Part shown: positions 1-11,064 of the stretch, one piece after another | Layout of the letters: each line of letters begins with the position of its first letter | Numbering within the stretch: position 1 is the first letter of the stretch | Origin: an uncultured Pelagibacteraceae bacterium | Lineage (GTDB): Bacteria; Pseudomonadota; Alphaproteobacteria; Pelagibacterales; Pelagibacteraceae | DNA length: 45,850 nucleotides | Reading direction: 5' to 3' | NCBI GenBank assembly: GCA_902515195.1 | Contig: CABXTO010000001.1 | Span: forward strand, 1-45,850 | Translations under genes and position numbers: made by a program | The notes under the pieces: model-generated | Seen by the model: only the letters and a program-made list of their open reading frames with translations | Databases searched by the model: none | What the model was told of the DNA's origin: nothing

Positions 1-1
1 A

Positions 2-679
2 GCTCAAGTATTTACTCTTTATCCAGAAGTTTTTCCTGGACCTTTGTCTAAAGGTCTTTATGGAAAAGCTTTGACTAATAAATTGTGGGACTTAAGTGTA
101 ATAAACATAAGAGATGCAGCAACTGATAAACACAAAACAGTCGATGATACTCCTTATGGTGGCGGAACAGGAATGTTGTTAAAAGCTGATGTTTTAGCAA
201 ATGCACTTGATCAAAAAGTTAAAAAAGGTGAAAGAGTTTTTTATCTTTCACCTAAAGGTAAAAAATTTGACCAAAAACTTGCTCAAGATTTGTCTAAAGA
301 AAAATCTATATCTCTAATATGTGGTCATTTTGAAGGAGTAGATGAAAGGGTTTTGACCACAAGGAATATTGAGGAAATAAGTATAGGAGATTATGTCTTG
401 TCTGGGGGTGAAACTGCAGCATTAGTTGTACTAGATAGTATACTCAGACTTTTGCCTGGAATTTTAGGGAATGATAAATCTTCACTTGATGAAACCTTTG
501 AAAATGGTCTTTTAGAGTATCCTCAATATACAAAACCTCAAATATGGGAGGAAAAATCAGTGCCAGAGGTATTATTATCTGGAGATCATGGTAAAATTAA
601 AGACTGGCGTTTATCTCAATCTGAGGCTATAACACGCGACCGAAGACCAGATTTGTGGCAAAAATATAAGAAAGACTAA
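2..679 (+). CDS. trmD: tRNA (guanine37-N1)-methyltransferase TrmD, 5'-truncated by window edge
   Basis: Frame is open from base 2 ([15 protein letters not shown]...), so the true start is outside the window. Motifs [43 protein letters not shown]; followed by rplS. Confidence 0.97.
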   Translation, partial: AQVFTLYPEVFPGPLSKGLYGKALTNKLWDLSVINIRDAATDKHKTVDDTPYGGGTGMLLKADVLANALDQKVKKGERVFYLSPKGKKFDQKLAQDLSKEKSISLICGHFEGVDERVLTTRNIEEISIGDYVLSGGETAALVVLDSILRLLPGILGNDKSSLDETFENGLLEYPQYTKPQIWEEKSVPEVLLSGDHGKIKDWRLSQSEAITRDRRPDLWQKYKKD

Positions 680-695
680 TTTGTTAAATATTAAA

Positions 696-1247
696 ATGAA
701 AACAATAGAAGAAATAAACCAACATAACGTTAAAAAAATTCTTTCAGAAAAGAAAATTCCTGATTTTTTCCCTGGAGATGTGGTCAAAGTTGGTGTCAGA
801 ATTACAGAAGGTAAAAAAGAGAGAATTCAATATTTTGAGGGTGTTTGTATAGCCAAAAAGAGTAGAGACCTAAACTCATCGTTTACTGTAAGAAAAATAT
901 CTTTTGGAGAAGGTGTTGAAAGAACCTTTCCATTATATGGAACAGTAATTGATACAATTAAAGTAATTCGATCAGGAAAAGTAAGAAGAGCAAAACTTTA
1001 TTATTTAAGAGATAGAACTGGTAAATCAGCAAGAATTGCAGAAAAAATTAGAAAAAAAATTGGAATTGATATTGATGCTAAACCTGAAACTGTGACTGAA
1101 GAAAATTTAGCTCCAGTAACAGAAGCTAAAAAAGAGGAAACTCCAAAGGCAGAAGCAGCACCGACAGCAGAAGCCAAAAAAGAGGAAGCTCCCAAAGTAG
1201 AAGCTAAATTAGAAAAAAAACTTGAAAATACACCGGAAAAAAAATAA
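696..1247 (+). CDS. rplS: 50S ribosomal protein L19 with Glu/Lys/Ala/Pro-rich C-terminal extension
   Basis: [42 protein letters not shown] at 696 preferred over TTG at 681; trmD-rplS order. Confidence 0.97.
   Translation: MKTIEEINQHNVKKILSEKKIPDFFPGDVVKVGVRITEGKKERIQYFEGVCIAKKSRDLNSSFTVRKISFGEGVERTFPLYGTVIDTIKVIRSGKVRRAKLYYLRDRTGKSARIAEKIRKKIGIDIDAKPETVTEENLAPVTEAKKEETPKAEAAPTAEAKKEEAPKVEAKLEKKLENTPEKK
1121..1204 (+). repeat. Imperfect direct repeat, two 36-bp copies at 48-bp period, within the rplS tail
   Basis: agaagctaaaaaagaggaaactccaaaggcagaagc (1121-1156) vs agaagccaaaaaagaggaagctcccaaagtagaagc (1169-1204); encodes [12 protein letters not shown] / [12 protein letters not shown]. Confidence 0.8.
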
Positions 1248-1258
1248 TTTTTTTTTCA

Positions 1259-2662
1259 ATGCCCAATACTCTTTACGATAAAATTTGGATCGATCACTTA
1301 GTAGATCAACAAGATGATGGAACAGCTTTATTATTTGTTGATAGACATTTAGTTCATGAAGTTACTAGCCCTCAGGCTTTTGAGGGATTAAGAAGTTCTA
1401 AACGTAAGGTAAGACATCCAAACTTGACCCTTGCTGTTGCAGATCACAATGTTCCCACAACAGATAGATCTGAAGGTATTACTGATCAAGAGTCAAAGAT
1501 ACAGGTTGAAACTTTAGAGGCTAACTGTAAAGAATTTGGTGTCCAACTTTTTGGAATGAATGACAAGAGACAAGGTATTGTTCATGTTACTGGTCCTGAG
1601 CAGGGGTTCACCCAACCAGGCACAGTTATAGTTTGTGGAGATAGTCATACAGCTACCCACGGTGCGTTTGGTGCTTTAGCGTTTGGAATTGGAACTTCAG
1701 AAGTAGAACATGTTTTAGCAACTCAAACGTTAGTTCAAAAAAAAGCAAAAAATTTTAGAATTAATGTTAATGGTAAACTCCCAATAGGTGTTACATCTAA
1801 AGATGTAATTCTTCAAATTATCGGAAAAATTGGTACAGCAGGTGGAACAGGTTGCGTAATAGAGTATGCTGGTGACTTAATTAGATCATTAAGTGTTGAG
1901 CAAAGAATGACGATTTGTAATATGACAATTGAAGGTGGTGCTAGAGCAGGACTTATTGCACCTGATGAAAAAATATTTGAATATCTAAAAGATAGACCAA
2001 TGTCACCCAAGGGAGAAAATTGGGATAAAGCTTTAGAATATTGGAAAAATTTAAATACTGATACAGGAGCTAAATTTGATAAAGAAATCAACTTAAAAGC
2101 CGATGAGATTGTGCCTATGATAACTTGGGGCACATCTCCTCAAGATGTAATTACTATTGATGAAAAAGTTCCAAATCCACAAAACGAGAAGGATGAGGAC
2201 AAAAAGAACTCTTTAGAGAGAGCTCTTGATTATATGGGCTTAAAACCAAATATGGCTGCTAAAGATATTAAAATAGATAAAGTATTTATAGGCAGCTGTA
2301 CGAATGGTAGAATTGAGGATCTAAGAGAGGCTGCAAAAATTTTAAAAGATAAAAAAATAGCTTCACATGTACATGCGATGGTTGTTCCAGGATCTGGTTT
2401 GGTAAAAGAACAAGCTGAACAAGAGGGATTAGATAAAATATTTGTAAAATCTGGTTTTGAATGGAGAGAACCAGGTTGTTCTATGTGTTTAGCAATGAAT
2501 GCTGATAAATTAAAACCGGAGGAAAGATGTGCTTCAACCTCAAACAGAAATTTTGAGGGTAGACAAGGAAGAGGTGGAAGAACTCACTTAGTAAGTCCAG
2601 GCATGGCAGCTGCAGCAGCAATATCTGGAAATCTTGATGATGTTAGAAAGTATCAAAATTAA
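1259..2662 (+). CDS. leuC: 3-isopropylmalate dehydratase large subunit
   Basis: [59 protein letters not shown]. Confidence 0.98.
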   Translation: MPNTLYDKIWIDHLVDQQDDGTALLFVDRHLVHEVTSPQAFEGLRSSKRKVRHPNLTLAVADHNVPTTDRSEGITDQESKIQVETLEANCKEFGVQLFGMNDKRQGIVHVTGPEQGFTQPGTVIVCGDSHTATHGAFGALAFGIGTSEVEHVLATQTLVQKKAKNFRINVNGKLPIGVTSKDVILQIIGKIGTAGGTGCVIEYAGDLIRSLSVEQRMTICNMTIEGGARAGLIAPDEKIFEYLKDRPMSPKGENWDKALEYWKNLNTDTGAKFDKEINLKADEIVPMITWGTSPQDVITIDEKVPNPQNEKDEDKKNSLERALDYMGLKPNMAAKDIKIDKVFIGSCTNGRIEDLREAAKILKDKKIASHVHAMVVPGSGLVKEQAEQEGLDKIFVKSGFEWREPGCSMCLAMNADKLKPEERCASTSNRNFEGRQGRGGRTHLVSPGMAAAAAISGNLDDVRKYQN

Positions 2663-2663
2663 T

Positions 2664-3269
2664 ATGCAAAAATTTAATACATTAAAGAGTATACCGGCCT
2701 ATTTACCAATAGTTAATATTGATACAGATATGATTATTCCAAAACAATTTTTAAAAACAATTAAAAGAACAGGCTTAGGCAAAAATTTATTTTTTGAGAT
2801 GAGATATGATGACAAAGGTAAAGAAATTTCTAATTTCGTTTTAAATAAAGATCCTTTTAATAATTCAAAAATTTTAATTGCGGGTAAAAATTTTGGTTGT
2901 GGCTCTTCAAGAGAGCACGCACCATGGGCATTGTTAGATTTTGGTATAACTTGTGTAATTAGTTCGAGTTTTGCAGATATATTTTATAGCAACTGTTTTA
3001 AAAATGGAATTTTACCAATTATTTTAGATGAAGAAAAAATTAAGGAGTTATCAGAATATGCAAAAAGAAAAGAGGAAATCTTTATAGATCTTAATAATGA
3101 AAAGATAATTTACGGAAATAGTGAGACAAAATTTAAAATAGACTCCTTTAAGAAAAAATGTTTATTAGAAGGGTTAGACGATATAGCTCTATCCTTAAAA
3201 AAATCAAATAAAATAGAAAGTTTTGAAAAAGATTTGAAAGTAAAAAAACCATGGATATTTAATGATTAA
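2664..3269 (+). CDS. leuD: 3-isopropylmalate dehydratase small subunit
   Basis: [42 protein letters not shown]; ATG at 2664 just after the leuC stop. Confidence 0.97.
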   Translation: MQKFNTLKSIPAYLPIVNIDTDMIIPKQFLKTIKRTGLGKNLFFEMRYDDKGKEISNFVLNKDPFNNSKILIAGKNFGCGSSREHAPWALLDFGITCVISSSFADIFYSNCFKNGILPIILDEEKIKELSEYAKRKEEIFIDLNNEKIIYGNSETKFKIDSFKKKCLLEGLDDIALSLKKSNKIESFEKDLKVKKPWIFND

Positions 3270-4368
3270 AGTAAAGAAAAAAAAAATTTTGTTATTACCA
3301 GGAGATGGAATAGGTCCAGAAGTAATCAGAGAAGTAAGAAAAATAATTAATTGGTTCAATGACAGAAAGTCTCTTGATTTTGAAATTGATGAGGATCTTG
3401 CTGGAGGTTGTTCTTATGATAAACATGGAACTCCAATTACAGATGAAGTTTTTTATAAAGCTTTGGAAAGTGCTGTAGTGATGCTTGGTGCAGTTGGTGG
3501 TCCAAAATGGGATGGTGTAGAGTTCTCAAAAAAACCTGAGAGAGCATTATTAAAATTAAGAAAAGAATTAAAATTATTTGCTAACTTAAGACCTGCTATA
3601 TGTTTTGAACAATTAGTTGATGCATCAACATTAAAACCAGAAATAGTTTCTGGTTTAGATATAATGATTGTTAGAGAGTTAACAGGCGGAATATATTTTG
3701 GTGAACCAAGAGGTATTAAGCCTATTGAAAATGGTGAAAGAAAAGGAATTAACACTCATACTTACACCAGTAATGAAATAATTAGGGTTGCAAGAATTGC
3801 ATTTGACTTAGCTAAAAAGAGATCAAATAAAGTTACATCTTGTGAAAAATCAAATGTTATGGAAGCTGGTCAACTTTGGAAAGAAGAAGTTCAAACATTA
3901 CACGATAAAGAATATAAAGATGTTGAATTAAGTCATATGCTTGCCGACAATTGTTCCATGCAGCTACTAAGAAACCCTAAACAATTTGACGTAATAGTAA
4001 CTGATAATTTATTTGGAGATATGCTGTCAGATCAAGCTTCTATGTTGACAGGATCTTTAGGTCTTTTACCTTCAGCTTCTTTAGGGGCAAAAAATAAAGA
4101 TGGCGAAATGAGAGCCATGTATGAACCTATTCACGGGTCTGCCCCTGATATCGCTGGCAAAGGTATTGCTAATCCAATCGCTAGTATATTGAGTTTTGCT
4201 ATGGCTTTAAGATATTCTTTAGACCTAGATAAGGAGGCTTCAGCTCTAGAAAAAGCAGTTCAGGACGTTCTAAATGATGGATTAAGAACTAAAGACATTC
4301 TATCAGATGGAATGAAAGAAGTTTCTACTGCACAAATGGGTGATGCGATAATTTCAAAATTGCAATAA
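3262..4368 (+). CDS. leuB: 3-isopropylmalate dehydrogenase
   Basis: [45 protein letters not shown]. Confidence 0.98.
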   Translation: MIKVKKKKILLLPGDGIGPEVIREVRKIINWFNDRKSLDFEIDEDLAGGCSYDKHGTPITDEVFYKALESAVVMLGAVGGPKWDGVEFSKKPERALLKLRKELKLFANLRPAICFEQLVDASTLKPEIVSGLDIMIVRELTGGIYFGEPRGIKPIENGERKGINTHTYTSNEIIRVARIAFDLAKKRSNKVTSCEKSNVMEAGQLWKEEVQTLHDKEYKDVELSHMLADNCSMQLLRNPKQFDVIVTDNLFGDMLSDQASMLTGSLGLLPSASLGAKNKDGEMRAMYEPIHGSAPDIAGKGIANPIASILSFAMALRYSLDLDKEASALEKAVQDVLNDGLRTKDILSDGMKEVSTAQMGDAIISKLQ

Positions 4369-4388
4369 TCTATCAATTATTCTAAACT
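4360..4388 (+). promoter_or_regulatory. Putative sigma70 promoter for the dmd cluster, probably leaderless
   Basis: TTGCAA (4360-4365), 17 nt, TAAACT (4383-4388); ATG at 4395 lies 7 nt past the -10 box; no SD seen. Confidence 0.5.
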
Positions 4389-4394
4389 ATTTTT

Positions 4395-6158
4395 ATGCCA
4401 AGCTACACTGCACCAGTAGAAGATATGATGTTTCTCTTTGAGAAGTTAAGGGATAACAAAAATTATAATGAATTAGAAAAATATAAAGAAGTAAGTTCAG
4501 ATCTAGTTAAAGATATTTTAGAAGAGGCTGCGAAGATTAATCAAAATTTAATTCTTCCACTTGCAAAAGCAGGTGATGAAAATCCTGCAGTCTTAGAAAA
4601 TGGCGTAGTAAGAACCCCTCCAGGATATAAAGAGGCATATAAAAAATATATTGAAGATGGATGGACTTCATTATCTTGTGATCCGAAATATGGTGGACAA
4701 GGAATGCCAAAAACAGTAAGTGCATTTTTTGATGAAATGTTATCTTCTGCGAGTTTATCCTTTAAGCTTTACAGTGAATTGAGCATAGGAGCATATAACT
4801 GTATTAATCATCATGCATCCAATGAATTAAAAAATAAGTATTTACCAAAAATAGTTGAAGGTAAATGGAGTGGCACTATGTGTTTAACAGAACCTGTTTG
4901 TGGAACTGATTTAGGACTTTTAAAAACAAAAGCCGAAAAACAAAATGATGGAACGTATAAAATTAGTGGTCAAAAAATATTTATAACTTCGGGAGATCAT
5001 GATCTTACTGAAAATATTATTCATTTGGTAATTGCTAGAGCGACAGACTCTCCAGCAGGCACAAAAGGTATAAGTTTATTTTTAGTTCCTAAATTTGTAG
5101 TCAACGAGGACGGAAGTGTAGGTCCAAGAAATGGAATATCAACTGGATCTATTGAAAGTAAAATGGGTATAAAAGGTTCTGCAACATGTGTATTAAATTT
5201 TGATGAAGCTACCGGTTATATGATTGGTAAAAAAGACAAAGGCCTTAATGCAATGTTTACGATGATGAATCTTGAAAGAATAGTTGTGGGAATCCAAGGA
5301 TTAGGAATCTCAGAGATTGCTTATCAAAACTCACTTGCTTATGCGAAAGAGAGAAAACAAGGTAAGACAAATAAAACTAAATCGACCAATGGTGCTGATT
5401 TTATAATTGAACATGCAGATATAAGAAAATCACTATTGAATATGAAATCAATTATTGAAGGTGAGAGAGCTTTGTGTTTTTGGTTATCACAACAAACCGA
5501 AGTTAGTTTGAACCATCAAAATGAAAAAGTACGTCAGGAAGCTTCTGATTTTGTTTCTTTGATGACACCAGTAGTTAAATCATTGTTTACTGATTTGGGT
5601 ATGGAAATCACTAATGATGCGATGCAAATTTATGGAGGTTATGGTTATACAAAAGATCAAGGGATAGAACAGTTGTATAGAGATAATAGAATAACTCCAA
5701 TATATGAAGGTACGAATTCTGTGCAGGCAGCAGATTTAGTTTTTAGAAAATTATCAAATAAAAATGGAGACATAATTAATAAATTTATAGATTTAATAAA
5801 GTCTGAAACTAATTTAGATAACGAAAAGATTAAGCCATTTACAAAGGAATTTAAGTATTATTTGGATATTTTAACTAAATTTAGTGAATGGATAAAAGAA
5901 AAAACTAAAAGCGATAAAGACGACGTTAGTGCCGCTGCAAATGATTATCTAAAAACTCTTGGTTTTGTCTCTGTTGCTTACGCTTGGATAAAGGTCTTAG
6001 ACGTAAGTTTCAAAGATTATAATGAAAATAAAAATTTTTATGATGATAAAATAAATACGGCAAAATTTTATTTTGATAAAGTTCTACCGAGAGCAGAGCA
6101 GCATTATAAATCTGCTATTTCCGGAAGTTCAAATATTATGAATTTCAAATTTAATTAA
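4395..6158 (+). CDS. dmdC: Acyl-CoA dehydrogenase; 3-methylmercaptopropionyl-CoA dehydrogenase DmdC
   Basis: Long (587 aa) ACAD type: GTMCLTEPVCGTDLG, GQKIFITSGDHD, KMGIKGSATC, QIYGGYGY, IYEGTNSVQA. The substrate call rests on clustering with dmdB and dmdA. Confidence 0.85.
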   Translation: MPSYTAPVEDMMFLFEKLRDNKNYNELEKYKEVSSDLVKDILEEAAKINQNLILPLAKAGDENPAVLENGVVRTPPGYKEAYKKYIEDGWTSLSCDPKYGGQGMPKTVSAFFDEMLSSASLSFKLYSELSIGAYNCINHHASNELKNKYLPKIVEGKWSGTMCLTEPVCGTDLGLLKTKAEKQNDGTYKISGQKIFITSGDHDLTENIIHLVIARATDSPAGTKGISLFLVPKFVVNEDGSVGPRNGISTGSIESKMGIKGSATCVLNFDEATGYMIGKKDKGLNAMFTMMNLERIVVGIQGLGISEIAYQNSLAYAKERKQGKTNKTKSTNGADFIIEHADIRKSLLNMKSIIEGERALCFWLSQQTEVSLNHQNEKVRQEASDFVSLMTPVVKSLFTDLGMEITNDAMQIYGGYGYTKDQGIEQLYRDNRITPIYEGTNSVQAADLVFRKLSNKNGDIINKFIDLIKSETNLDNEKIKPFTKEFKYYLDILTKFSEWIKEKTKSDKDDVSAAANDYLKTLGFVSVAYAWIKVLDVSFKDYNENKNFYDDKINTAKFYFDKVLPRAEQHYKSAISGSSNIMNFKFN

Positions 6159-6159
6159 A

Positions 6160-7776
6160 ATGAATCATTACGAGGCAAACTTAGATAAAAATGCTGCAAA
6201 TTATGTTCCGTTAACTCCTTTATCTTTTTTAGAAAGAGCTAAAGATGTTTACCCAAATTATGAGGCAATAGTATATGAAGATAGAAAATATACTTGGGAT
6301 GAGGTTTATAAAAGAGCTTTAAAATTTGCTAGTGCGTTAGAAAAAATTGGTATCAAAAAAGGAGATACTGTCTCATTTTTAGCCTTTAACACTCCAGAAA
6401 TTTTTGAGGCCCATTATTCAGTTCCAATGACTGGTGCTGTATTAAATACAATTAATATTAGATTAGATGCTAACACTATCTCATATATTTTAAATCATAG
6501 TGATGCAAAAGTATTAGTAGTTGATAGACAACTTCACATTGAAGTAAAAAAGGCTCTAAGTAAATTAGAGAAAAAAATTACTGTAATTGATATTCATGAT
6601 AAATTTGCTGATCAGTCAAAATTAGAAAAAATTGGTGATTTAGAGTATGAAAAATTTCTTAGTACAGGTGATGATAATTATACTTGGAAAACTCCAGAGG
6701 ATGAGTGGCAGGCTATAACTTTAAGTTATACCTCTGGTACCACAGGAAATCCAAAAGGTGTTGTTTACCATCATAGAGGTGCATATCTAATGTCAACTGG
6801 AAGTGCAGTTGCTTGGAATATGCCAAATAGATTAAATTTTTTAACAATAGTCCCAATGTTTCACTGTAATGGATGGTGTTATCCATGGACAGTTCCTATG
6901 TTAAATGGAAGAACTATTTGTTTACGAAATATAGATGTTAAAAAGATTTTTGAACTAATAGATAAATATGATGTTACTCATTTTGGAGGTGCTCCGATTG
7001 TATTAAATATGATAACGGGCGCTCCCGAAAGTGATAGAAAAAAACTAAAAAATAAAGTTCATGTACTTACTGCAGGGGCTCCACCACCAAGTATAATTTT
7101 CAAAAAAATGAAAGAACTCGGTTTTGAAGTAATGCATGTTTATGGTTTAACAGAGACTTATGGTCATGTCACGCAATGTGCCTGGAATGACGATTGGAAT
7201 GGATTTGATGAGGAAAAGCAAAATGAAATTAAAGCAAGACAAGGAGTTAGATATCCTAATCTTGAGGGGGCAGCAATTATGGATCCTGAGACAATGAAAG
7301 AAGTTCCAAAAGATGGAAAAACTATTGGTGAGATAATGTTAAGAGGAAATGTAGTAATGAAAGGTTATTTTAAAGATAAAGATGCCACTGATAAGGCTAT
7401 GGCTGGTGGTTGGTTTCATTCTGGAGATTTGGCGGTAATGCATCCAGATGGATATGTTAAAATACAGGATAGATCAAAAGATATAATAATATCTGGTGGA
7501 GAAAATATTTCTTCTATTGAAATAGAAAATACTTTATCTAAGCATCCTTCAGTATCAATTGCCGCTGTTGTTGCCAAACCTGATGAAAAGTGGGGAGAAG
7601 TTCCTTGTGCTTTTATTGAGATGGTTAAAGATAAACCTACTACAGAGAAAGAATTAATAAGCTTTTGTAAAGAAACTTTGGCTGGTTTTAAAGTTCCAAA
7701 ACAAGTTGTTTTCTGTGAATTACCAAAAACTTCTACAGGTAAAATTCAAAAATTTGAGCTTAGAAAAAAATTTTAG
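6160..7776 (+). CDS. dmdB: AMP-dependent CoA ligase; 3-methylmercaptopropionate-CoA ligase DmdB
   Basis: YTSGTTGNPKGV, PMFHCNGW, YGLTETYG, WFHSGDL, DRSKDIIISGGENISS, PKTSTGKIQK; N-terminal ANYVPLTPLSFL; dmd context. Confidence 0.85.
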   Translation: MNHYEANLDKNAANYVPLTPLSFLERAKDVYPNYEAIVYEDRKYTWDEVYKRALKFASALEKIGIKKGDTVSFLAFNTPEIFEAHYSVPMTGAVLNTINIRLDANTISYILNHSDAKVLVVDRQLHIEVKKALSKLEKKITVIDIHDKFADQSKLEKIGDLEYEKFLSTGDDNYTWKTPEDEWQAITLSYTSGTTGNPKGVVYHHRGAYLMSTGSAVAWNMPNRLNFLTIVPMFHCNGWCYPWTVPMLNGRTICLRNIDVKKIFELIDKYDVTHFGGAPIVLNMITGAPESDRKKLKNKVHVLTAGAPPPSIIFKKMKELGFEVMHVYGLTETYGHVTQCAWNDDWNGFDEEKQNEIKARQGVRYPNLEGAAIMDPETMKEVPKDGKTIGEIMLRGNVVMKGYFKDKDATDKAMAGGWFHSGDLAVMHPDGYVKIQDRSKDIIISGGENISSIEIENTLSKHPSVSIAAVVAKPDEKWGEVPCAFIEMVKDKPTTEKELISFCKETLAGFKVPKQVVFCELPKTSTGKIQKFELRKKF

Positions 7777-7784
7777 GAAATTAA

Positions 7785-8561
7785 TTGAAAATAACTATAC
7801 AAAATAAAAGCGTTTACGCTTCTGATGCTGGACAAGGTATAGAAAGTTCTAGAGAAACAATAGTATTTTTGCATGGAAGTGGTTTATCACATATTGTCTG
7901 GTCTTTAACAGAACAATTCTTTTCAAATAAAAAATTTAATGTTTTATCAATTGACTTACCTGGGCATGGAAATTCTGAAGGTCCATGTTTAGATAGTATC
8001 GAAAAAATTGCAGATTGGTTGGAAAAAGTTTTTGAAGAATTAAAATTGAGTAATATAATCCTCATAGGTCATTCACAAGGTTGTTTAGAAGCTCTTGAAT
8101 ATTCATTTAAATATAAAGACAGATTAAAAAAGATAGTATTTGTTGGAGGCTCTTATCGAATGCCTGTTAATAAAGATCTAATTGATTTAGCAACAGATGG
8201 AGATTCTGATGCTGTCAAATTAATGATGAAATGGGGTTTTGAAGGTTCAAAAAAATTTATTGGTGGAAACCCAGTAGAAAAAATAATTCAATCACCCAGA
8301 GATATTAGTGAGATTTTGGCGGTCGATCTAATTGCATGTAATAATTATCAGAATGGCTCCGATGCAGCTAAAGCTATAAATTGTCCAGCCATGTTTATAT
8401 TTGGAGAACTTGACAAGATGGCTAATTTAGAAAGTGGAAAAAAATTTGCAAATTTAGTCAAAAATTCAACTACACATATAATTATTGGATCAGGTCACAT
8501 GATTATGATTGAAAAAGCTTTTGAAATGCGAGAAAAGATTTTGGAATTTTTAAATAAATGA
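7785..8561 (+). CDS. Alpha/beta-fold serine hydrolase, function unknown
   Basis: HGSG oxyanion loop, DLPGHGNS, nucleophile GHSQG (Ser97), GELD acid, GSGHM His. TTG start after AGGA; ATGA overlap with dmdA. Confidence 0.9.
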   Translation: MKITIQNKSVYASDAGQGIESSRETIVFLHGSGLSHIVWSLTEQFFSNKKFNVLSIDLPGHGNSEGPCLDSIEKIADWLEKVFEELKLSNIILIGHSQGCLEALEYSFKYKDRLKKIVFVGGSYRMPVNKDLIDLATDGDSDAVKLMMKWGFEGSKKFIGGNPVEKIIQSPRDISEILAVDLIACNNYQNGSDAAKAINCPAMFIFGELDKMANLESGKKFANLVKNSTTHIIIGSGHMIMIEKAFEMREKILEFLNK

Positions 8562-9667
8562 AAAATTATTCTATAGCAAAATCTAGAAGATTAAGAAGTA
8601 CTCCTTATACTTCAAGAATAGAAAAACAAGGTGTTACAGCTTATACGGTTTATAATCATATGTTATTACCAGCTGCATTTGGATCAATAGAGGAGTCTTG
8701 TGATCATTTAAAAAAAAATGTTCAAATTTGGGATGTTGCAGCTGAGAGACAAGTTGAAATTTCTGGACCAGACTCAGCAAAACTGGTTCAGCTTATGACT
8801 TGTCGTGATTTGTCAAAATCAAAAATTGGAAGATGCTATTACTGTCCATTAATTGATGATAACGGTAATTTAGTTAACGATCCAGTAATATTAAAATTAG
8901 CTGAAGATAAATGGTGGATCTCGATTGCAGATTCAGATGTTATTTTTTTTGCTAAAGGTCTTGCTTCTGGAAATAATTTTAAAGTTAAAATTTTTGAACC
9001 AAATGTTGATATTATTGCAATACAGGGTCCTAAATCATTTGGTCTGATGGAAAAAGTTTTTGGAAAAAAAATTACTGAATTAAAATTTTTTGGATTTGAC
9101 TATTTTGATTTTAAAGGCATAAAACATTTGATTGCTAGATCAGGTTGGTCAAAACAAGGTGGTTATGAAGTTTATGTTGAAAATACATTATCAGGCCAAG
9201 ATTTATACGATCATCTTTTTGAAATAGGTGTAGAATTTAATGTAAAACCTGGTTGTCCAAATCTTATTGAAAGAATAGAAAGTGGCCTTCTTTCTTATGG
9301 AAACGATTTTGATAATCAAGATAATCCTTTTGAATGCGGTTTTGAAAAATATGTAAATTTAGAGTCAGATGTAATTTTTTTGGGTAAAGAAAAATTAAAA
9401 AAAATTAAATCAGATGGAATAAAAAGAAAACTAATGGGAGTTCATATTGAAACAAATGAAATTAGTTTAACAGGCTCAGTCAATATCACTAATAGTGATG
9501 GAAATATAATAGGGGATCTTAGATCTGCATGTTATTCACCTCATTTCAAAAAAGTTATAGGAATTGCAATGATAAATGACCCTTTTTGCAAAATGTCAGT
9601 GACTGGTAAGGTTGAAATTGGCGGTAAAAATATAGCTCTTAAAGTTTGCGAATTACCTTTCATCTAG
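8558..9667 (+). CDS. dmdA: Dimethylsulfoniopropionate demethylase DmdA (GcvT family)
   Basis: [67 protein letters not shown] are DmdA-type signatures; 369 aa. Confidence 0.93.
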   Translation: MKNYSIAKSRRLRSTPYTSRIEKQGVTAYTVYNHMLLPAAFGSIEESCDHLKKNVQIWDVAAERQVEISGPDSAKLVQLMTCRDLSKSKIGRCYYCPLIDDNGNLVNDPVILKLAEDKWWISIADSDVIFFAKGLASGNNFKVKIFEPNVDIIAIQGPKSFGLMEKVFGKKITELKFFGFDYFDFKGIKHLIARSGWSKQGGYEVYVENTLSGQDLYDHLFEIGVEFNVKPGCPNLIERIESGLLSYGNDFDNQDNPFECGFEKYVNLESDVIFLGKEKLKKIKSDGIKRKLMGVHIETNEISLTGSVNITNSDGNIIGDLRSACYSPHFKKVIGIAMINDPFCKMSVTGKVEIGGKNIALKVCELPFI

Positions 9668-9682
9668 TATAAAACCTACATC

Positions 9683-10690
9683 ATGGATATTGCAATAGTC
9701 GGTGCAACAGGGAATGTTGGTAGAAAAACATTAGAAGTTCTTGAGAAAAAAGATCTTTCTATTGAAAATCTATATTTGTTAGCATCATCTAAAAGTGTAG
9801 GAAAAAAAATTAATTTTAAAGGTGTTGATCATGACATTCATGATCTAGAAAGCTTTGATTTTTCTAAAGTAAAAATTTGTTTTTTTGCTGCAGGTGGAAA
9901 AATTTCAGAAAAATTTGCGAAAAAAGCTGCGAAAAATTGTTTAGTAATAGATAACTCAAGTTATTTTAGGATGGATCCAGAGGTACCTTTAATAGTGCCA
10001 CAAGTTAATTCTGAAGATTTAAAAAATATAAAGAAAAACATAATAGCAAATCCAAACTGTTCAACTGCACAATTAGTAATCGCTCTTAAACCATTGCACG
10101 ATTTGTTTTCTATTAAAAGAATAGTTGTATCAACTTATCAGTCAGTTTCAGGAGGTGGCAAAGCCCCTATGGATGAATTAATTGAACAGACAAAATTAGT
10201 ACTAGATGGAAAAAAAGTTAAATCTAAAAACTTTACAAAACAAATAGCTTTTAATGCAATACCACAAATAGATATTTTTTCAGATGATGGATATACAAAA
10301 GAGGAACTTAAAATGACCAATGAAACAAAAAAAATTTTGGATAGTAAAATAAATTTAACAGCAACTTGTGTAAGATTACCTATTTCTGTGTCACATTCGG
10401 AATCTGTTAATATTCAATTTGAAAAATCATTTTCAATAGAGAAAGTGAGGGAAGCTTTGGATAATTTTGAAGGATGTAAAGTAATAGATGAGAGAGAGGA
10501 TGGACATTATTCAACTCCAGTTGAAGCAGAGGGGAAAGATGAAACATTTATTTCCAGAATTAGAGAAGATAAGACTATAAAAAATGGATTAAATTTATGG
10601 ATTGTTTCAGACAATCTTTTGAGAGGAGCAGCTTTGAACTCTGTAGAAATTGCAGAAACTTTAATTAAGAATAATTTTTATGGAAAGTAA
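9683..10690 (+). CDS. asd: Aspartate-semialdehyde dehydrogenase
   Basis: VGATGNVG, IDNSSYFRMDPEVPL, ANPNCST, STYQSVSGGG, SDNLLRGAALN. Confidence 0.97.
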   Translation: MDIAIVGATGNVGRKTLEVLEKKDLSIENLYLLASSKSVGKKINFKGVDHDIHDLESFDFSKVKICFFAAGGKISEKFAKKAAKNCLVIDNSSYFRMDPEVPLIVPQVNSEDLKNIKKNIIANPNCSTAQLVIALKPLHDLFSIKRIVVSTYQSVSGGGKAPMDELIEQTKLVLDGKKVKSKNFTKQIAFNAIPQIDIFSDDGYTKEELKMTNETKKILDSKINLTATCVRLPISVSHSESVNIQFEKSFSIEKVREALDNFEGCKVIDEREDGHYSTPVEAEGKDETFISRIREDKTIKNGLNLWIVSDNLLRGAALNSVEIAETLIKNNFYGK

Positions 10691-11063
10691 AACACCTTTA
10701 TCCCCACACATCCAAATTTATAGATGGCACATTTCTTCGTTAGTTTCTATTTGTCACAGAATAACAGGTATAATTAATATAATTTTAATTACATTAATTT
10801 GTTTATGGGCTTCACTTTTGTTATTTGGTGAAAGTAATTATCAATCAATAAATTCATTTTTAAATTCATTTATAGGAAAATTTATTATTTTAGGTATTAC
10901 TTGGTCTTTTTCATTTCAGGTTTTAAGTGAAATAAGACATTTGATTATGGATTTTGGTTATGGATTTGAAATTAAAACAACAAAAATTACAGGATTAATT
11001 GTTATATTTGGATCATTAATCTTGACTGTTGTTTTTTATTTAATAGGAAAAATTTTTTTTTAA
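10680..11063 (+). CDS. sdhC: Succinate dehydrogenase membrane anchor SdhC (heme-ligand His replaced by Gln)
   Basis: PLSPHIQIY, SICHRITG, IRHLIMDFG, three hydrophobic segments; first gene of the sdh cluster. Confidence 0.94.
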   Translation: MESKTPLSPHIQIYRWHISSLVSICHRITGIINIILITLICLWASLLLFGESNYQSINSFLNSFIGKFIILGITWSFSFQVLSEIRHLIMDFGYGFEIKTTKITGLIVIFGSLILTVVFYLIGKIFF

Positions 11064-11064
11064 T

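Noticed and set aside
1236-1257. GAAAAAAAA-TAAT-TTTTTTTTC inverted repeat between rplS and leuC
   Set aside because: Almost entirely A-U and too weak to call a terminator; no leader peptide or room for a leu attenuator.
8558-9667. Annotation as glycine cleavage T protein (gcvT)
   Set aside because: DmdA-type motifs and dmdB/dmdC neighbours; no gcvH or gcvP nearby.
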